Positions 25,333-38,951 are shown, counted from the first letter of the stretch. The stretch is DNA of 64,000 nucleotides from Macrostomum lignano (GCA_002269645.1 NIVC01001845.1:118257-182256); one strand, 5' to 3'. Made by a program: numbers and translations. Notes: generated by a model not told the origin, from the letters alone.

Positions 25333-28300
25333 CTACACTGGGCTGGTCATGAACGTCTTTTGCACGTGCCGGGCTCGTTCCTGTAGTTCGAAATGTCACA
25401 AAGAACTTAAATTGTCCTTGGTATAACTTTGAAAGAAGTCCATTATTGTTAATACGTTGAAAACAGATCCGCTCTGAAGTATTAGCTGGGTTTGCCAGGA
25501 GTTAAATCCCTGGCTGGGATTGGATCGAAGGCCCTAACTTATTGCCTAAAAGGCTAGCGGGAGGCCAAGCATTCAACAATTGCACGGCTTGTTTACCGTT
25601 GACACAAAAATCAACCCTGTGGACCTTACGAGCCATGTGCCATCGAATGGAGGGTGATCGTGCAGGATCAATAGCTGGGCCCCTAAAACCTCCTTATCTT
25701 TCACCTCTTTACCAGGCTTTATGGTTTTTAGAGAAGTCCTTTCAGTAGGTCCTAAACTACCAAATCAACTTCTTTCACATAACTAAGAATCAGCGACTTG
25801 GTCCTTGCTCACCTGGCCGTCAGCATTATACAAAACGGTTCTGGAGTAGTTTCCAACCTCCCATCGTCGTACAGAAACCTCGGCATCAACTTCCGACGCA
25901 TCGGACGGCTTCTCGTCCTCCGCCCATAGACGGCAAACGTCGCCAGGGTCCAGCACCAGGTTTGGCAGCGGAAACTCCTTCGGCTGGCTGCGACTGTCTA
26001 TGGTCCGGGTCAGGCGCCAGCCAATCAGCGTCTCTTTCTAAACAGTGAGACGCACCAATCGGGATTTTCTTGTATTGTTGGATAGCCTGTGGTGTATTGT
26101 ACATTTACAATATACAGGCCAAAAGTGTGTGTGTCAATCTGGTCAATGGAGCCTCGGAGCTTGGTATACTCGCATGCCACCGTGTCGCTAGATTAGCGAT
26201 TCTACGAGCGTATTATGCTCGTAATTAATTGATTCGTTGTTGCCAATTTGCTACCGAAAATAGTGCTTCAGAAATGGGAGACAACATAACTCTGTGGCAA
26301 CTGGCTGTTATTAATCATGATTTTTTTAAATCGTTGCTTACCTTGCTGCCTACATTCCTCAACTGAATATAGGTGCCCTCCGGAGAGCATTCGTCAATGC
26401 AGATGCCGCCTTTGAATGTCTTCTCAAACTGAGTCTTGGCTGTGACTTCAGTAGTGATGGCCTTCACTGGAGGCTGCAGGGAGTCTGGACCAAGAGAAAA
26501 TAGCGAGTATTTTAATGAAGAAATCGAAAAGCTAGGCGACGATTAAAGAGTTCACTGAAACTAGCCAGCTCACTTCTATCCCCAGTAGGAGCCTCCAGAG
26601 CCTGCTGCTGCTGCACAGCATGGATCCGGTCCCGCTGCTGATTCGCCCGCATCTCTGGCGCAGCCAGCGCAGCGGCATCCAGGGCTTCGTCTTCAGCATC
26701 CAGCAGCTTTCGGTAGGCCGCGATCTCCAGCTCCAGGCTTACTTTGGCGTCGGTGAGGCCCTGCAGCTCCTGTCGTGAATAAGTCATCAAGAACTTGGTC
26801 GTATCTCTTGTGTAGCCATCTCCCTTACAACTTGATAAACTTGTGAACCCGTAGCATTACAAGCCAGAACACGCTAGCTTCACTTGCAAATGAACTTGAT
26901 TACTTGAATTGGTCCGTGAGTGAAAGTTTTAAAATTATATTTCGTAAACGAATTTGCAATTTATAGTTCACCATAGCAACCTTACTTACGAGTACCTGCG
27001 GCTCTTTTATTAGCTATAAAGTGAGTTCGTAGGGAGTCTTAGACTCTGCCACAAATCAAGGCTCCAGTTGATCCGCCGTCAACGAACACGGACTTCTAAA
27101 GGACTTCTAGACTATAATCATACGTATATTACTTGTGTGCAATGAATTGGGCTGCTAACGAAGGACTTTGGACCGACAGTTGGACGCGTCACCGCTCTCA
27201 GCAACTTGGCACTCACCTGCAGAACTCTGCGAAGGTCTTCCTCAGCAACGCGACGCTGCTGGTCCAGCCGGTCTCGCTCGGCATCGTTTCGACGCTGGGC
27301 AGCTTCGGCTTCGTTGCGGTATTCTTCAGCCTGCCGCTGCAACACCTCGCACTGTTTGGGGGTTCCATTGGCAAATAGGGCGCGATTGAGGGTTGAATTA
27401 GGCAAGTTAGAAACGATGAAGGGTACTGATGTTTGCTTTTTGCTCCCACTACTGTTCTATTGAAATCAAAATGGTCCAATGATTATGTTTGTCAGGCCAT
27501 GCATGCTTACCCTTGTTTGCAGATCTGATACCCGATCGCGCAGCTCGGAGTTTCCATCTTTCAGGCGTTGATTCTCTTCCTTCAGCTGGTTCAGCGCCCC
27601 AGTGCCGCCATTTTGAGCTTCCGTGTGAGCTTTGACGAAATCGCGAAGCTAAAATGACCAAACTGGATGTACTGTCATGGTATCTTAATGAGCAAATAGT
27701 TGCACATGACCACAGATACCAGAATAACTGGATGGGCCACTCAGCACATTTGCGTATAATCTACTTTTAGCTCAGTAGTAAGTTAAACAGAATAAATTTA
27801 TTGTATTTTTTAAGCCAAGGCTCATTTATTGGCTCTTACCCTCCAGCTAAAACCCTCCAACCGCGCCTTTCCTCACCACCCCCCGCCCTGCCCCAATTTT
27901 TATTTCCGTTCTCGGAATTCCAGCCTAAAGCTGCCATGTACATTTCAGTGGGCTGGTTAATGTACATTACAGTATTGCTAAACCAATTAGCATACGTCTG
28001 CAAGCTTGGGCTTCTAAACTTATCAAAGTCATTTCAGCTTCTTTTCTATAAAATAGCTTATGTATTCTTCTTTGCTACTGAACTGAAAGTAGAAAGCTGT
28101 TTTACTAAGTATATATGCCTGAGTGGCCAGTCTAGTTATTTTAGTATCTGTACATCTGTGCATATGACTCGAGCTTTGTTTAGATTTGCATGTACAGATG
28201 TAGAACGACCCAATCAAGCATTGAATCGTCCATTGAAATATGCACGCTTGATTAGAGGGTAATTTTGAATTCTTCCGTGTAAGCCTGTTTGACCTTTGAC

Positions 28301-30660
28301 AAGCTCAGACCTTAGACTTTTTGACAATTCTTTGTTGATAAGGCAAAGAACTGAAGATCTAGGTGCTTTCGAGCAATAAAGCTATAGAAAGCGTGTAGCC
28401 GCTCGTACCTTATCAACATAGACGCCTTCCAGCTCCTCGCGCACTCCGTCTAGTTTATCGTCATACTCTCGTTGGATCTCGTGAATAGCCTGGCTAAGCT
28501 CCGATTTCCAGAAAGCCCGACTGTCATCTCGATCCGTGCTGGTCTTCACGAGGCCGCGCAGCTCTTCCAGTTCCTGCAATAATGCTTTTCTTTTGGTAGA
28601 CTGCTCCACTACGTCCAAACGGAGACACTATCAGTTTGAAAGTTGAGGTCTGCAATGAGAAATGAAGAGCATTTTGCTTACCTGTTCGTGCACCAGCCTC
28701 ACCAGCTGCAGCTCCTCGCGCACAGATTGACCCGCCGTCTGTCCGGCTACTCTACCGGCCGTCTCGGCTTCCAAATCGGCCCTAAGCCGATCTCCATCGG
28801 CTCTCGATCGTTCGAGTCTCTGACGAACGCGGCTGACCTCGTCCTCCAGCTGGCCCTGTCGTCGACGCAGTAGAGAGATTTCGCCGTCCCGGTCTGCCAG
28901 CTCGTGGTTGGCCCTGTCCAGGCGGTCCGTCAGCTGACCGTGCGACTGGGTCACACTGCTTAAGCTGGATTGGCGCAGGCAGGTGAAAGAATTGTTAAAC
29001 CTATGAAAATTCTTACGAAAACAACAGAACAGCAGAACAGCAGGTCATGATAGAGACTCAGTGATAGCCTACTCAAGATTAGCCAGAAAAGACGTTGACC
29101 TTTTATAGTGCGTACAAAAGGTTGCCCACTTATAATTTAATGAGGGTTCGGCAAACATTTTTACCTCAAAGGTCAGATAAATAATCTAGATGGGGGGGAA
29201 AGAAAAAGAAGATGACAGATGACAGAAGAGAGGTGATGAGAGAGAAGATAAGAAGAGAGAAGAAAGGGGAAGAGATATGAGAGGAGAGAGATGAGAGAAA
29301 AGAGGAGAGGGCAGAGAGAAGACAGAGGAGAGGAGAGGAGAAATGAGAGGGGATAGAAGTGAAAAGAGAGAAGAGGGGAGAGAGATGAGAGAACTGAGAA
29401 GACAGCCGAGAAGAGACAAACCCTGGTCAAGCCGAATTGCCATAGTGAAGTTTCAACGGACCCGAGGGCCGAAGAAATGTTGAGCAAGTGCCCCCTAAGT
29501 TTCATGACTGATACACTTTAAGTCAATATTGAATATCGAATTAACAAAAGGAAAATAATTTTAAATTATTGAAGAACTGATTATTTAAAAAAGAAAAATT
29601 TCGGTTCATAACCTCTTGCTCGTTCAACAGGTAAAATCGAAGCTCAGTTATAACTCAAAAGCATAAAAGGAATGTTGAAATGAGTTAAACCCTAGAGTGG
29701 CATAGCAACCAAGCAACCCATGATCCTCTCACTGCTCTCGAATTTCTCGCAGCTGTCCCTCCAGCGTAGCCACTCTCGCCTCCCGCTCTCCCTTGGCAGC
29801 TTCCGCCGAGTCCAACAGACGTCTCATCTGGGCCAGCTCGGCCTCCAAGGAGCGCCGTACTTTCTCCGTCTCGCGGCCCCAGATGGAGCGCAGCTGGTCC
29901 AGCTCCTCCTTCAGGCGCTTGTTCTGAGCTTGGAGGTAGCGACTCTGAGTGCGGGAACGAGAGGGGCCGGTGAGGCAGTTGCAGAGAGTACCTGACGCGA
30001 CCCTGGTGCTGGCACCAAGTCAAATGAAATTTGGCGGTCCCAAATACACATCGCCTAAATTATAAAAGAATTAAGAGTCCAGGCTACGCCCTTGCATACG
30101 CCCTACATGAGGACGAGGTGTTAGATTTTGACCTAGGAAGTATATTGAACCAGAATGAGGATGTGTTTTAGATAGTAAGTGAAGAAGGGTCCACTCTTCT
30201 GACTTTAAATTAGGAATCTGGTTGTACACGGCGGGTATTTCTGTTTAAAAGACGACAATGGAATACTTGTATACCTTACTTGAATTAGTATAGAGAACTT
30301 GTTTTTAATGATATCAGATTGCGAAAAATGCAGCAGTACTTTTCTCAAACATTTCTCGGCCCGTACCTTTTCAATAAAGCCGGCCAAGCGTTCGTTCAGC
30401 TCCTGCATCTCTCGCTTGCTTCTGCTGCGCGTCTCCACAGTTGACCGGATGTCCGGTATGCCGGAAGTCGACGAAGAAGACGCCGCGCCAGCCGATTGGC
30501 GCCGGCGGGAGCGACGCGACGAACGGCGCCGCTGGTCGCCGGCGCTGACGCTGATGTCGGTGCGGCGCGGCTCCGCAATGGCGGAGTACCCGGCAGCCAG
30601 AGCTTCATCCAGCCGAGACTGGTGCTGCTGCTTTTTTCCCGAGTCGTTGCTGGCGTCCAT
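25333..30660 (-). CDS. Cytoplasmic intermediate filament protein with lamin-tail domain (612 aa); exons 30660-30367, 29944-29733, 28964-28682, 28573-28409, 27648-27511, 27351-27217, 26769-26574, 26484-26342, 26037-25813, 25380-25333
   Basis: Rod start EMQELNERLAGFIEK, rod end LELEIAAYRKLLDAE, tail FKGGICIDECSPEGTYIQLRN..LIGWRLTRTID..; all ten exons join in phase with GT-AG; ends TSPV with no CaaX. Confidence 0.92.
29145..29500. mobile_element. Degenerate copy of the GA-rich hAT-type MITE family
   Basis: Begins GGGTTCGGCAAACATTTTTACCTCAAAGGTCAGATA, similar to the left end of 21573-21958; GA-rich interior. Confidence 0.5.
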
Positions 30661-31544
30661 CTTTGATGCTCGAAACTTTCCTAGAAATAAGAAGCAGCTT
30701 CTTGGAAATATCAAAGTCAAGAAGCCAAGCTTATCAAACCTACGACACACTACACACTACTTGCGTTTTTAACAATAGGCCTCGAAATAGCGGTTCCAAA
30801 ATTCAGTAGAGTACTTTTACGAGTATAAGCTCGGTGTCTTAAAGAAAGGCTTCAGTGGCTTCGCAAATTTTTCTTTAAAATGAAACAATAAAGAAAGAGA
30901 ATCGATTTTTTACTTTTCGCCGGAAAGACAGGCAGCACGGGACTCGGTTACAGCTTGCTTCGCTGTCCCAGGTGTGTAAAAAAATACTCACAGCCCAGGG
31001 CTTGGACAACAACTTTTCTCTGCTTCCTTGATCAGAATCCCTTCGGCTGGGAAGAGGGGGGGGTAGAAAACGTACCCTTGCCATTCCCCATCAGGGAGGT
31101 TTCTCTTACCTGCGCGACAGGCCAATTGCAAAGCGGCGCCGGACCGGATCGGGTTGCGCCTGAGGATGGAAGGCTAAGGTGCCCCTCCCCCTCCCCAGGA
31201 AACTCAGAGCCCCTGCGCCTAACTCTCAATCGCCTGTAGGGAGGCCAACGGCCGGTTGTAAATTAGAGATATGTAGTGCAACTGTTAGAGGAAATGGAAA
31301 AGCCACGGAGAAGCGATGCACAGGACTATAAATCGTGCATTGCATGCTGGATTAGACTAAATTAGGGGCTAAAAAGGGAGAAATAAGAAGGGACTTATGG
31401 GTTGCCGATAGGGAGGGCGACAGACTGAGGGAGTAGAGAACGAGAGCTCGAGAACAATGAATACATACGAACGCTCATAAGCCTTTCTGTAGACATTATA
31501 ATCATAATCATAATCAAAATCATAACCGTAATCATAATTTTAAA

Positions 31545-31832
31545 AAATAATTGATTACACCTGCCCTAATGGCCAGATGTGCAATCGACAGCTCAGCCGC
31601 AGCTATTGCGCGGCGCATCTGAAGGCTGCGTACGGCTGTTCAGTCCAAGGACTGGGGGGTCGCCACACGCACCCTCAATTACCCCAGCTAATGCTGGCAC
31701 CCATTTTACAGCTGGGTGAACTGAAGCAATGCAGAGTTAGTGTCTTGCTCAAGGACACAAATTGTTCCAAGTGTGTCGAGAATCGAACCTCCGACCTTTC
31801 AATCGTGAGTCCGACTCTAACCACCAGGCTAC
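31545..31832 (-). mobile_element. tRNA-derived SINE, copy 2
   Basis: Shares GGCGCATCTGAAGGCTGCGTACGGCTGTTCAGTCCAAGGACTGGGGG and the B-box region with copy 1. Confidence 0.8.
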
Positions 31833-34800
31833 AACCCCTCCATCTAATGTAGAGACATGACAATAAGAGCAACAAGAATACGCGAGATGAATAAAGAAAG
31901 ATGAAGGCAGAGGCTTAAAGACTTAAAAACTAGTGAGACGGGACCCATCATGGCGTAATGAATGGATGGCGTCAAAGAATGCTCCCAAAAGAGCGCGTGG
32001 CCCGGCAAAAAATGGCCTTCTCACATCTGCTGCAGGACGTGGGAAGCCCGGAGCAGGGGAACTTGGGCTCAACTCTCTGCAATTAAGAGTTCAGTGGGCA
32101 ATAAAAAGTGCTAGTTGGAGAGAGTGTGTGAGCAGGAACCCATGGCTTTGGCAATAATTGCCTTTCAAGTGCGCAGTCGGCGTCAGCCCCCTCTCATGCT
32201 GCTCCTCAGCTCTTGGGCATTGGGAGAACTCTGTCCGAGCCCCCATCCATTCTCCCTTGCCTCTTCTCTCCCTCTCTCTCGCTCTCGCTGTCTCTCCGTC
32301 TAGGCTGTCATTATTTGAAGCCGTGTGGGTGCGAGCAGAGAGAAGGAAGAAAATGGATGCACTTTCCTCTGGGGATTCATGCGCGTGCAATTGTCTCCAG
32401 CATCTTCGGTTGTCCTTGTTAATTCTCGTGTATACGAAATAGCAAAGCGTGACTATAGCTAGGGCTGCGTCAGGCCCTGGCGCCCCTGCTGAATTAAACA
32501 ATGATCAGAATAAAATTGGCGGGGTCCAAATTTATTCAACACAATCGCAATACAGTGTGTAGCCTCCAGTGGAGGTCGGCGACACTTCACGCGATGGGAT
32601 GGAGACAAAGTCGAGAAACTGTAGGCGCGGAAATTCCAATTAATAATTAATTTGGCACTCAACCGACGATTGTCTCTGAAGAGGATCGGCTTTAAAAAAA
32701 GTCAGTATAGCGCTCTGGCCGCCAGGATGCGGGCTGGGAGAGTAGAGAGTTCTCATAGTTGGCCTGCAGCCTCCATGTTTTGTTGGGGTGGGCTCAAATC
32801 CGATGGATTTGTTGAAATCGATTCCCATAATTTTGATTGGCAGGCATGAAATTCAATATCTCTCGTACCCTCAATTTAACAACACTGCAATTACTTGGGA
32901 AGGGGGTCGTGCCAAGTTATCAAGAGGAGAGAAAAAGTTAAAGTAGATGTGAAAGTAAGGAGAGTCCCGCACGTGACCTGAACGCCCTGCACTCTGATGG
33001 ATTGCTGCTCCGTCGGTGCAAAGAGCTCTGGAGCAGCCTGCCCGCTCTCCGTATTGACTCAGCGCTTGTTTTCATGCTGGACAAAGGCCTGATTTTCTTC
33101 TCAACCTGCGCCAGCTCGGCAACAGTCGGGTCTAAAATAATGCGGCTCAGGGAGGTCAGCCTGGAAGCATCCCACCTATCGCTCAAAACCTCTTTGTCAA
33201 CCTCCCGTTCTCCGCATGACCTCCGAAGGATTTGACCACAGGTTCGGTTTCAGTTTTCTAGAACACCTGAAGTTGGTTGACTTTGCCTGCAATATGAGCA
33301 CGGAACTCAGGTGCGCCTCCGACTTCATGTGTACGAGCTGGGCAGTTCTCGCTGATCCGGTTTCTCCCCACTCTCAATTTCCCCATTTCCCTTCAGTTGA
33401 TTTGATTCCACCTGGCCAGGTAAAATGGACGCCCTCAGCCCCCAGAATACTGCGACGCGCTCAAGCATGAATAGCTCCCAGCAAACAAATGGAATGGAGA
33501 TCTCTCATTCCATTCTAGTTTGCTTTTACAAGCAAATTTTTTGCTGTCAAGTTGGACGCGAATTCTGAGCCGCGGCCGCTCTGACTTCTCTGCCGCCTTC
33601 CCCAAGTCAGTCAGTCGACAGAGCCCAGAGAATTGTGGTACTATTTGAGAATTTGAGAATTGAGTGACAGATTGTCAGATGTAGTCAGGCCATCAGGCTT
33701 TGCTGCGTCGTGGCCTCAAGTACGAGCTAGAAGGACGGGTTTTTTCATTTTTTTCAGCACAAAAATTGTTATTGCTTTGATAGGAGGCAGACCCAATGTT
33801 TCATCTTTTGATATGTTTTGCCTTACTTATAATTTTATTGATATTCATAGAGTTTTTAGTTTAGAACATTAAGGACTCTATGTTATTTTTAAAAATCATA
33901 AAAATGAATGGGACAACTCGACTGCTTTAGTTTTATGATTCTATGTTATCATTCTGTTTACATTTTTATTACACAGTTAACATTATCTCCGTAATGTATT
34001 TCTTAGAAAACCAGCCTCCTAAATTTTTCCCAGAAACGTACTTTCCCGTCCTACTTGAGTAGTCCTTGGTAAAATCCTGCAGCAGATTCCACTCTCACCG
34101 ATGTGCCAGACAACTTGAGGCAGGACTAGACAAACAGGTAAATAGCTCGCAAGTTTTAAAAGTGATTTTCTTCTATCTTGCTTGCTAGTAGAAAACATGT
34201 TATAACAATGTAGTAACGACTAAAAACAAAAACACACTTCATTATGCGACGGTTTGAGCTTTTGTAGATCGTTTTTGTGTGCCGCCGTCGTTGTGAAAGT
34301 CTTTACAAAGTAATTATTGGCATTTGATTATTCTATTTAATCGTACATCTGCGCGTATTGTTTGACACGTTAAGCAGATTAAGCGGAACTTAATCTGTAC
34401 TCTCTTTTTTTAAATCTTTATACTCCAATTTCAAATTGCTATAAAAACGTTTTGAATTTTGCTCCAAACTGGTTGTCTGGTTGGTCGCTCGGTCGTCGCT
34501 CTTGAGTCTTGGCTTTGTATTGGCTCTAATACTTAATAGATAAATATATTGAATACTCGTGTTCGACAGTATTTCGACAGCTCCCTGTAATTCGCCAAGT
34601 TTACTACTACTTCTTCATACATGTAAAATTGTAAATCCTGATAGACCGCTACACAACACATCAACATTATCAAAAGAAAAGTAGGCCTACAACTTCGTCA
34701 CAATCAAAGAATATTGTAAGTTTCAGAAAGCAGACCGAGAGGGTAAGAGTGCATGCACTTCAACTCAACCCTTCTTGCATGCGAGGTTGAGCACTAATAT

Positions 34801-35374
34801 TTTTTTTCGGTTTAATTTCGCCACAAACTCGTGGAGACCGAATAGTCGTGATAAAGCAAGCGAGACAAATGGAGCAACAAATTCAACTAAAAGTATTTTG
34901 AGAAAAAAAAGATTCTAAATATTATCGGCGAACAAATGGATTGAAGCTGATGATAATAAAACCAGATAATTTCCATGGAATACCGAAGGCAGAGCGCCAC
35001 AGAGGGAGGGGCAAAAGGGGAGGCTTTTCAGTGCTAGTGGAAACCTATTGTTCACACAGTAACAATGTGGAAGACAGTCAAGAAAAATGGCTTTAAATGG
35101 AAAACTAAATACTTGTTTAACAAAAAATTCTTTCTAAGACTTCTACTAATAAACTATGCAATCGTTGGTAAGTGCTTAAAATGTTTTCTTTGGCTAAAGA
35201 CGTTTCAAAAGGTGGTTGACACATTTTTGCTAGGTCGATGAAGGCTCCCTGGGTGCCATCTGCTTGGACTGAAATCTAAACAGAAAATGATGTGGCTTCT
35301 AAAACTCTGGCACAGGTTTTGGTCGGCCTTTGTCTTAAGCTGGCGCTCACCTGTTGGAGCAGGGCAGTCCCTCA

Positions 35375-36643
35375 TCAAGCTAACTGCAGGTTGCTCAGGT
35401 ACGACTCCAGCCTGTTAATCTCATTTTTCAAAATTTCCTCTCGCTCGCGAAATCCCATGTAGCGACTCAGGGCCTCCTCCTCGGCTGCCGCGGCGGCAGC
35501 GGCCCCGGTGAACCGGCGGTGCTGCGGGCCCTGGCTGACGGAGCGCCGGCGGCCGCCACCTCCGCCCAGGTCCCCTGCGCCGGGCCAGTCTTGCTGAAGA
35601 CTCCGGGCCAGGGACTCCACTATCGAGTTGCCTGCGGGGCGGGGGAGGTGCAGACTGCTAGCAGTGCTGGGGCGCCATGTCAGGTGGATCGGGAGGAATG
35701 TGCAGGCTGCATCTGGCGGTGCTGGGGCGCCATGTCAGGTGGATCGGGAGGAATCTGCAGGCTGCATCTGGCAGTGCTGTGTCAGGTGGATCGGGAGGAA
35801 TCTGCAGGCTGCATCTGGCAGTGCTGGGGCGCCATGTCAGGTGGATCGGGAGGAATCTGCAGGCTGCATCTGGCAGTGCTGGGGCGCCATGTCAGGTGGA
35901 TCGGGAGGAATCTGCAGGCTGCATCTGGCAGTGCTGGGGCACCATGTCAGGTGGATCGGGAGGAATCTGCAGGCTGCATCTGGCGGTGCTGGGGCGCCAT
36001 GTCAGGTGGATCGGGAGGAATCTGCAGGCTGCATCTGGCGGTGCTGGGGCGCCATGTCAGGTGGATCGGGAGGAATCTGCAGGCTGCATCTGGCAGTGCT
36101 GGGGCGCCATGTCAGGTGGATCAGGATCTGTTTACAGGACCAAAAAGACCAATATTGAACGAAAACACACGTCAGAACTCAGGCTCAGGTGTGAGTCATG
36201 ACGAGCTCCTCACCCTGCTTCATGGCTCCATCTCCATCCTCTGGCCCAGTTCTCTGCAGGTCTCCGGGCCGGCCCTTGCCCAGCCCGTAGCGCTGGTTCA
36301 GGAAGTACAGGCTGGTGTTGTCAGGCGTCCACTGCCCGACCTTCAGCCTGACGGCCACCTCCTTCTCGTTGTAGTCCTTGCGCAGCTTGTAGTCGGGAAA
36401 GTGCTGCTCAATAATGCGATTGCACTTGTCTACGCTGAGCTCGCTCGGCCCCTTGATCTCGAAGATGCAGAATCGCATGGCCTGCGTGCCTCCGAGCTTT
36501 CTGGTGAGGATTTTGTTTTTAACGGCAAACACGCAGCTGGTGCGGTTGCAGGCGGCCTTGACGCGCGTGTCGCTGAACATTTTCAAGCTGGCGTCTGTGA
36601 TCTGCAGCAGGTACTGCTTCTTGTAGCTTAGTCCGGCGTACAT
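35375..36643 (-). CDS. Uncharacterised protein (at least 228 aa); exons 36643-36214 and 35631-35375
   Basis: Phase-1 donor (CAG G|GTGAGG) matches a phase-1 acceptor (CCCGCAG|GC AAC) to give one open frame with GC-rich codon usage and a C-terminal coiled-coil-like REREEILKNEINRLESYLSNLQLA. Family not recognised; may have upstream exons. Confidence 0.6.
35660..36125. repeat. 55-bp GC-rich minisatellite, about 8 copies, intronic
   Basis: Unit CATGTCAGGTGGATCGGGAGGAATCTGCAGGCTGCATCTGGCAGTGCTGGGGCGC; one copy is truncated. Confidence 0.92.
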
Positions 36644-37321
36644 ATCTTGCAGATCGCTATATTTTAACTATTCTTCTTATTGAAACTTCTGCACTTAATG
36701 CCAATGGTAATAATGCATTTAAGCCTATCCAAGTTAAAGTGGCTTATGAATTACGAGTATAAGGATCGGGGCATAGACAAGACGCAAACTTCTCACGGAA
36801 AAGCCCCGGTTGGGTCATAAAGCAAAATAAAGCAAATTTTAGACAAAGACGTGGACATAGGCAAACTTTTAGATGAAATCAAAATTTATCCCTGTTTATC
36901 ATTTCAAGACAGCATCTTTGGTGTTTAGTAGCATTGAAGACTTTTTATGCCTTTTTAGGGTAATAAAATAGTGAAATTTTAGCATCGGTTCTGATCCTTG
37001 GTTTACGGCTTCCAAAGCGCACCTCAAGTATTCTGTTCTTTGCAAACGTGAATTCTACGCCACTACCTGCATTTTTGTACCTAAAAACAAGAGTCTTGTC
37101 AGACAAAAAGGAAGCGTCATGTAAAACATAAATGAAGCGTCACGTGAAACTTAGGGAGAATTTCTGAAATTTCAAGGCTTAATGTCAGAAGCTACATGTA
37201 GGTTACTCAAAAATTTGCATTGAAAATTGAAATTTAAAAAAGATTATTGCACTAGCTGAGATAAGGATTATTGCACTAGATAAGGAAATTGTTGCATAGC
37301 TTGCTGGGGGTGATTGCCATC

Positions 37322-37710
37322 AGTGGGGATGCTTGCTATCGGGGGGATGCTTGCTATCAGGGGGGATGCTTGCTATCAGGGGGGATGCTTGCTATCGGGG
37401 GGGATGCTTGCTATCGGGGGATGCTTGCTATATCAGGGGGATGCTTGCTATCGGGGGGATGCTTTCTATCAGGAGGGATGCTTGCTATCGAGGGGATGCT
37501 TGCTATCTGGGGTTGCTTGCTATCGAGGGGATGCTTGCTATCGAGGGGGATGCTTGCTATCGAGGGGATGCTTGCTATCGAGGGGATGCTTGCTATCGGG
37601 GGGATGCTTGCTATCAGGAGGGATGCTTGCTATCGAGGGGATGCTTGCTATCTGGGGTTGCTTGCTATATATGGGGGTTGCTTGCTCTCGGGGGATGCTT
37701 GCTCGGGGGA
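37322..37710. repeat. About 17-19 bp minisatellite
   Basis: Repeated GGGGATGCTTGCTATC with variable G-run and spacer. Confidence 0.9.
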
Positions 37711-38064
37711 ATTGCTGAGATGTCAAGGCTTCCGGGGGGAATCGTTGAGATGGCAAGACTTGGGGGAATTGCTAAGATATAAAGGCTGCGGTCAGAAGCA
37801 GCTACATGTCGTTTATTTAAATTTTTTATTGCATTTCTTGTTTGCTCACCAACGGGAGATGTAAACTGCTAGTTATCCACTAACAGTAGAAGGATGAGAG
37901 GTTAAATATTCTTGGTGCAAAAAGTGCAAACAAGCAGTTAGCCGCAAACAGTACAACTGCAATTAAAAGATTCATCAGGAACAGTACAATCGAAAATATA
38001 TACTCACGAAAGCTACCCCCTAAGGGGGTTGGCTCAACGCAACTCGCTAGTCAAACAGTCTCCA

Positions 38065-38260
38065 GACAAGTCCCAGACATGTCGAGAAAGTCTGCGACTT
38101 CATAAAGCAAAGAGTGGCAGACTGCTAACTGTTGCGTCTGGCGGTTCTGTATGCCTGGCAGCAGCTGCCCTAAGAGTTCATCAACAACACGGCTGCTGAT
38201 CAGGATGCCGCGACGGCCGACGAGTGATGGCACATTTGCATGCTCGAGGTTTCTGCACAC
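38065..38260 (+). mobile_element. Tc1/mariner transposase C-terminal remnant
   Basis: SPRHVEKVCDFIKQRV resembles SPDLNPIENxWxxLKRRV; it is followed by AWQQLP*EFINN and, after a frameshift, LLIRMPRR. Confidence 0.55.
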
Positions 38261-38652
38261 GATACTGAGACTAGCATCAAAGACATATGACTAAACTTTT
38301 GTGGGAGAGGGAGGGGGGTAGAGTTCAGCTGTCACGCGTCTCAATCTCGCGCCAATTTCGTCAAAGTCAACTTCGTCTTTGTCGTCTTTGTCAATTTCGT
38401 CAACTTTTCTCTTATCAGTGGGCTTGCTGTGCCCACGATCGCCAAATCCGCACGGCACAGAGTGTAAATGCTTGACGATAAGAGAAAAGTCAAAGCCGCT
38501 CTGTTCACCCTGTGTCCTTCAAAGGGCTGCAAAGCTCAATTCCATTCTCCAAGATGTACAGCCCCTCCCACGTTGTGCATATTGTTGCAATCGATTTAAT
38601 GGTTATGTCATATCGTGGCTTCCTGTAGCCGAACATAGCAATCGTGTAAAAA

Positions 38653-38951
38653 CATGGGTCCCCAACCTGCGGCCCGCGGCAAGTTCCAGTAGTTTGCATT
38701 ACACGCGGCCCGCCGAGTCATTTGGATTGCTATTTTAGCAACTCCTAGCGCACAAATTGTACATGCAGTCAAGAGTAGAAGTGAAAAGAAGGAAGGAATG
38801 CTAGCTAATATCGATAAGGTTCAAGGCAAAGGAGGTGGGGGTTGTGGGGGGGGTTAAAAGGGTTGAGGGGTAGGGGGGGGAGCATGCGGCCCGCACACCC
38901 CAAGCCAGTTGTCAATGCGGCCCGTCGCCCATAGAAGGTTAGGGACCCCTG
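38653..38951. mobile_element. hAT-type MITE
   Basis: TIRs CATGGGTCCCCAACCT / AGGTTAGGGACCCCTG with subterminal GCGGCCCGC motifs; TSD not clean. Confidence 0.65.

Noticed and set aside
25333-30660. Calling the IF gene a nuclear lamin
   Set aside because: No CaaX box and no clear NLS between rod and tail.
30955-31030. LRCPRCVKKYSQPR, a possible frameshifted C2H2 finger of a site-specific retroelement
   Set aside because: Needs an assumed frameshift and no RT or endonuclease motif was found nearby.
35519-36631. 370-aa plus-strand ORF and overlapping ORFs
   Set aside because: Read-through of the 55-bp minisatellite plus the antisense of a better-supported minus-strand gene.
37289-37864. Gly/Cys/Leu-rich ORFs
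   Set aside because: All three frames are open only because of the minisatellite.
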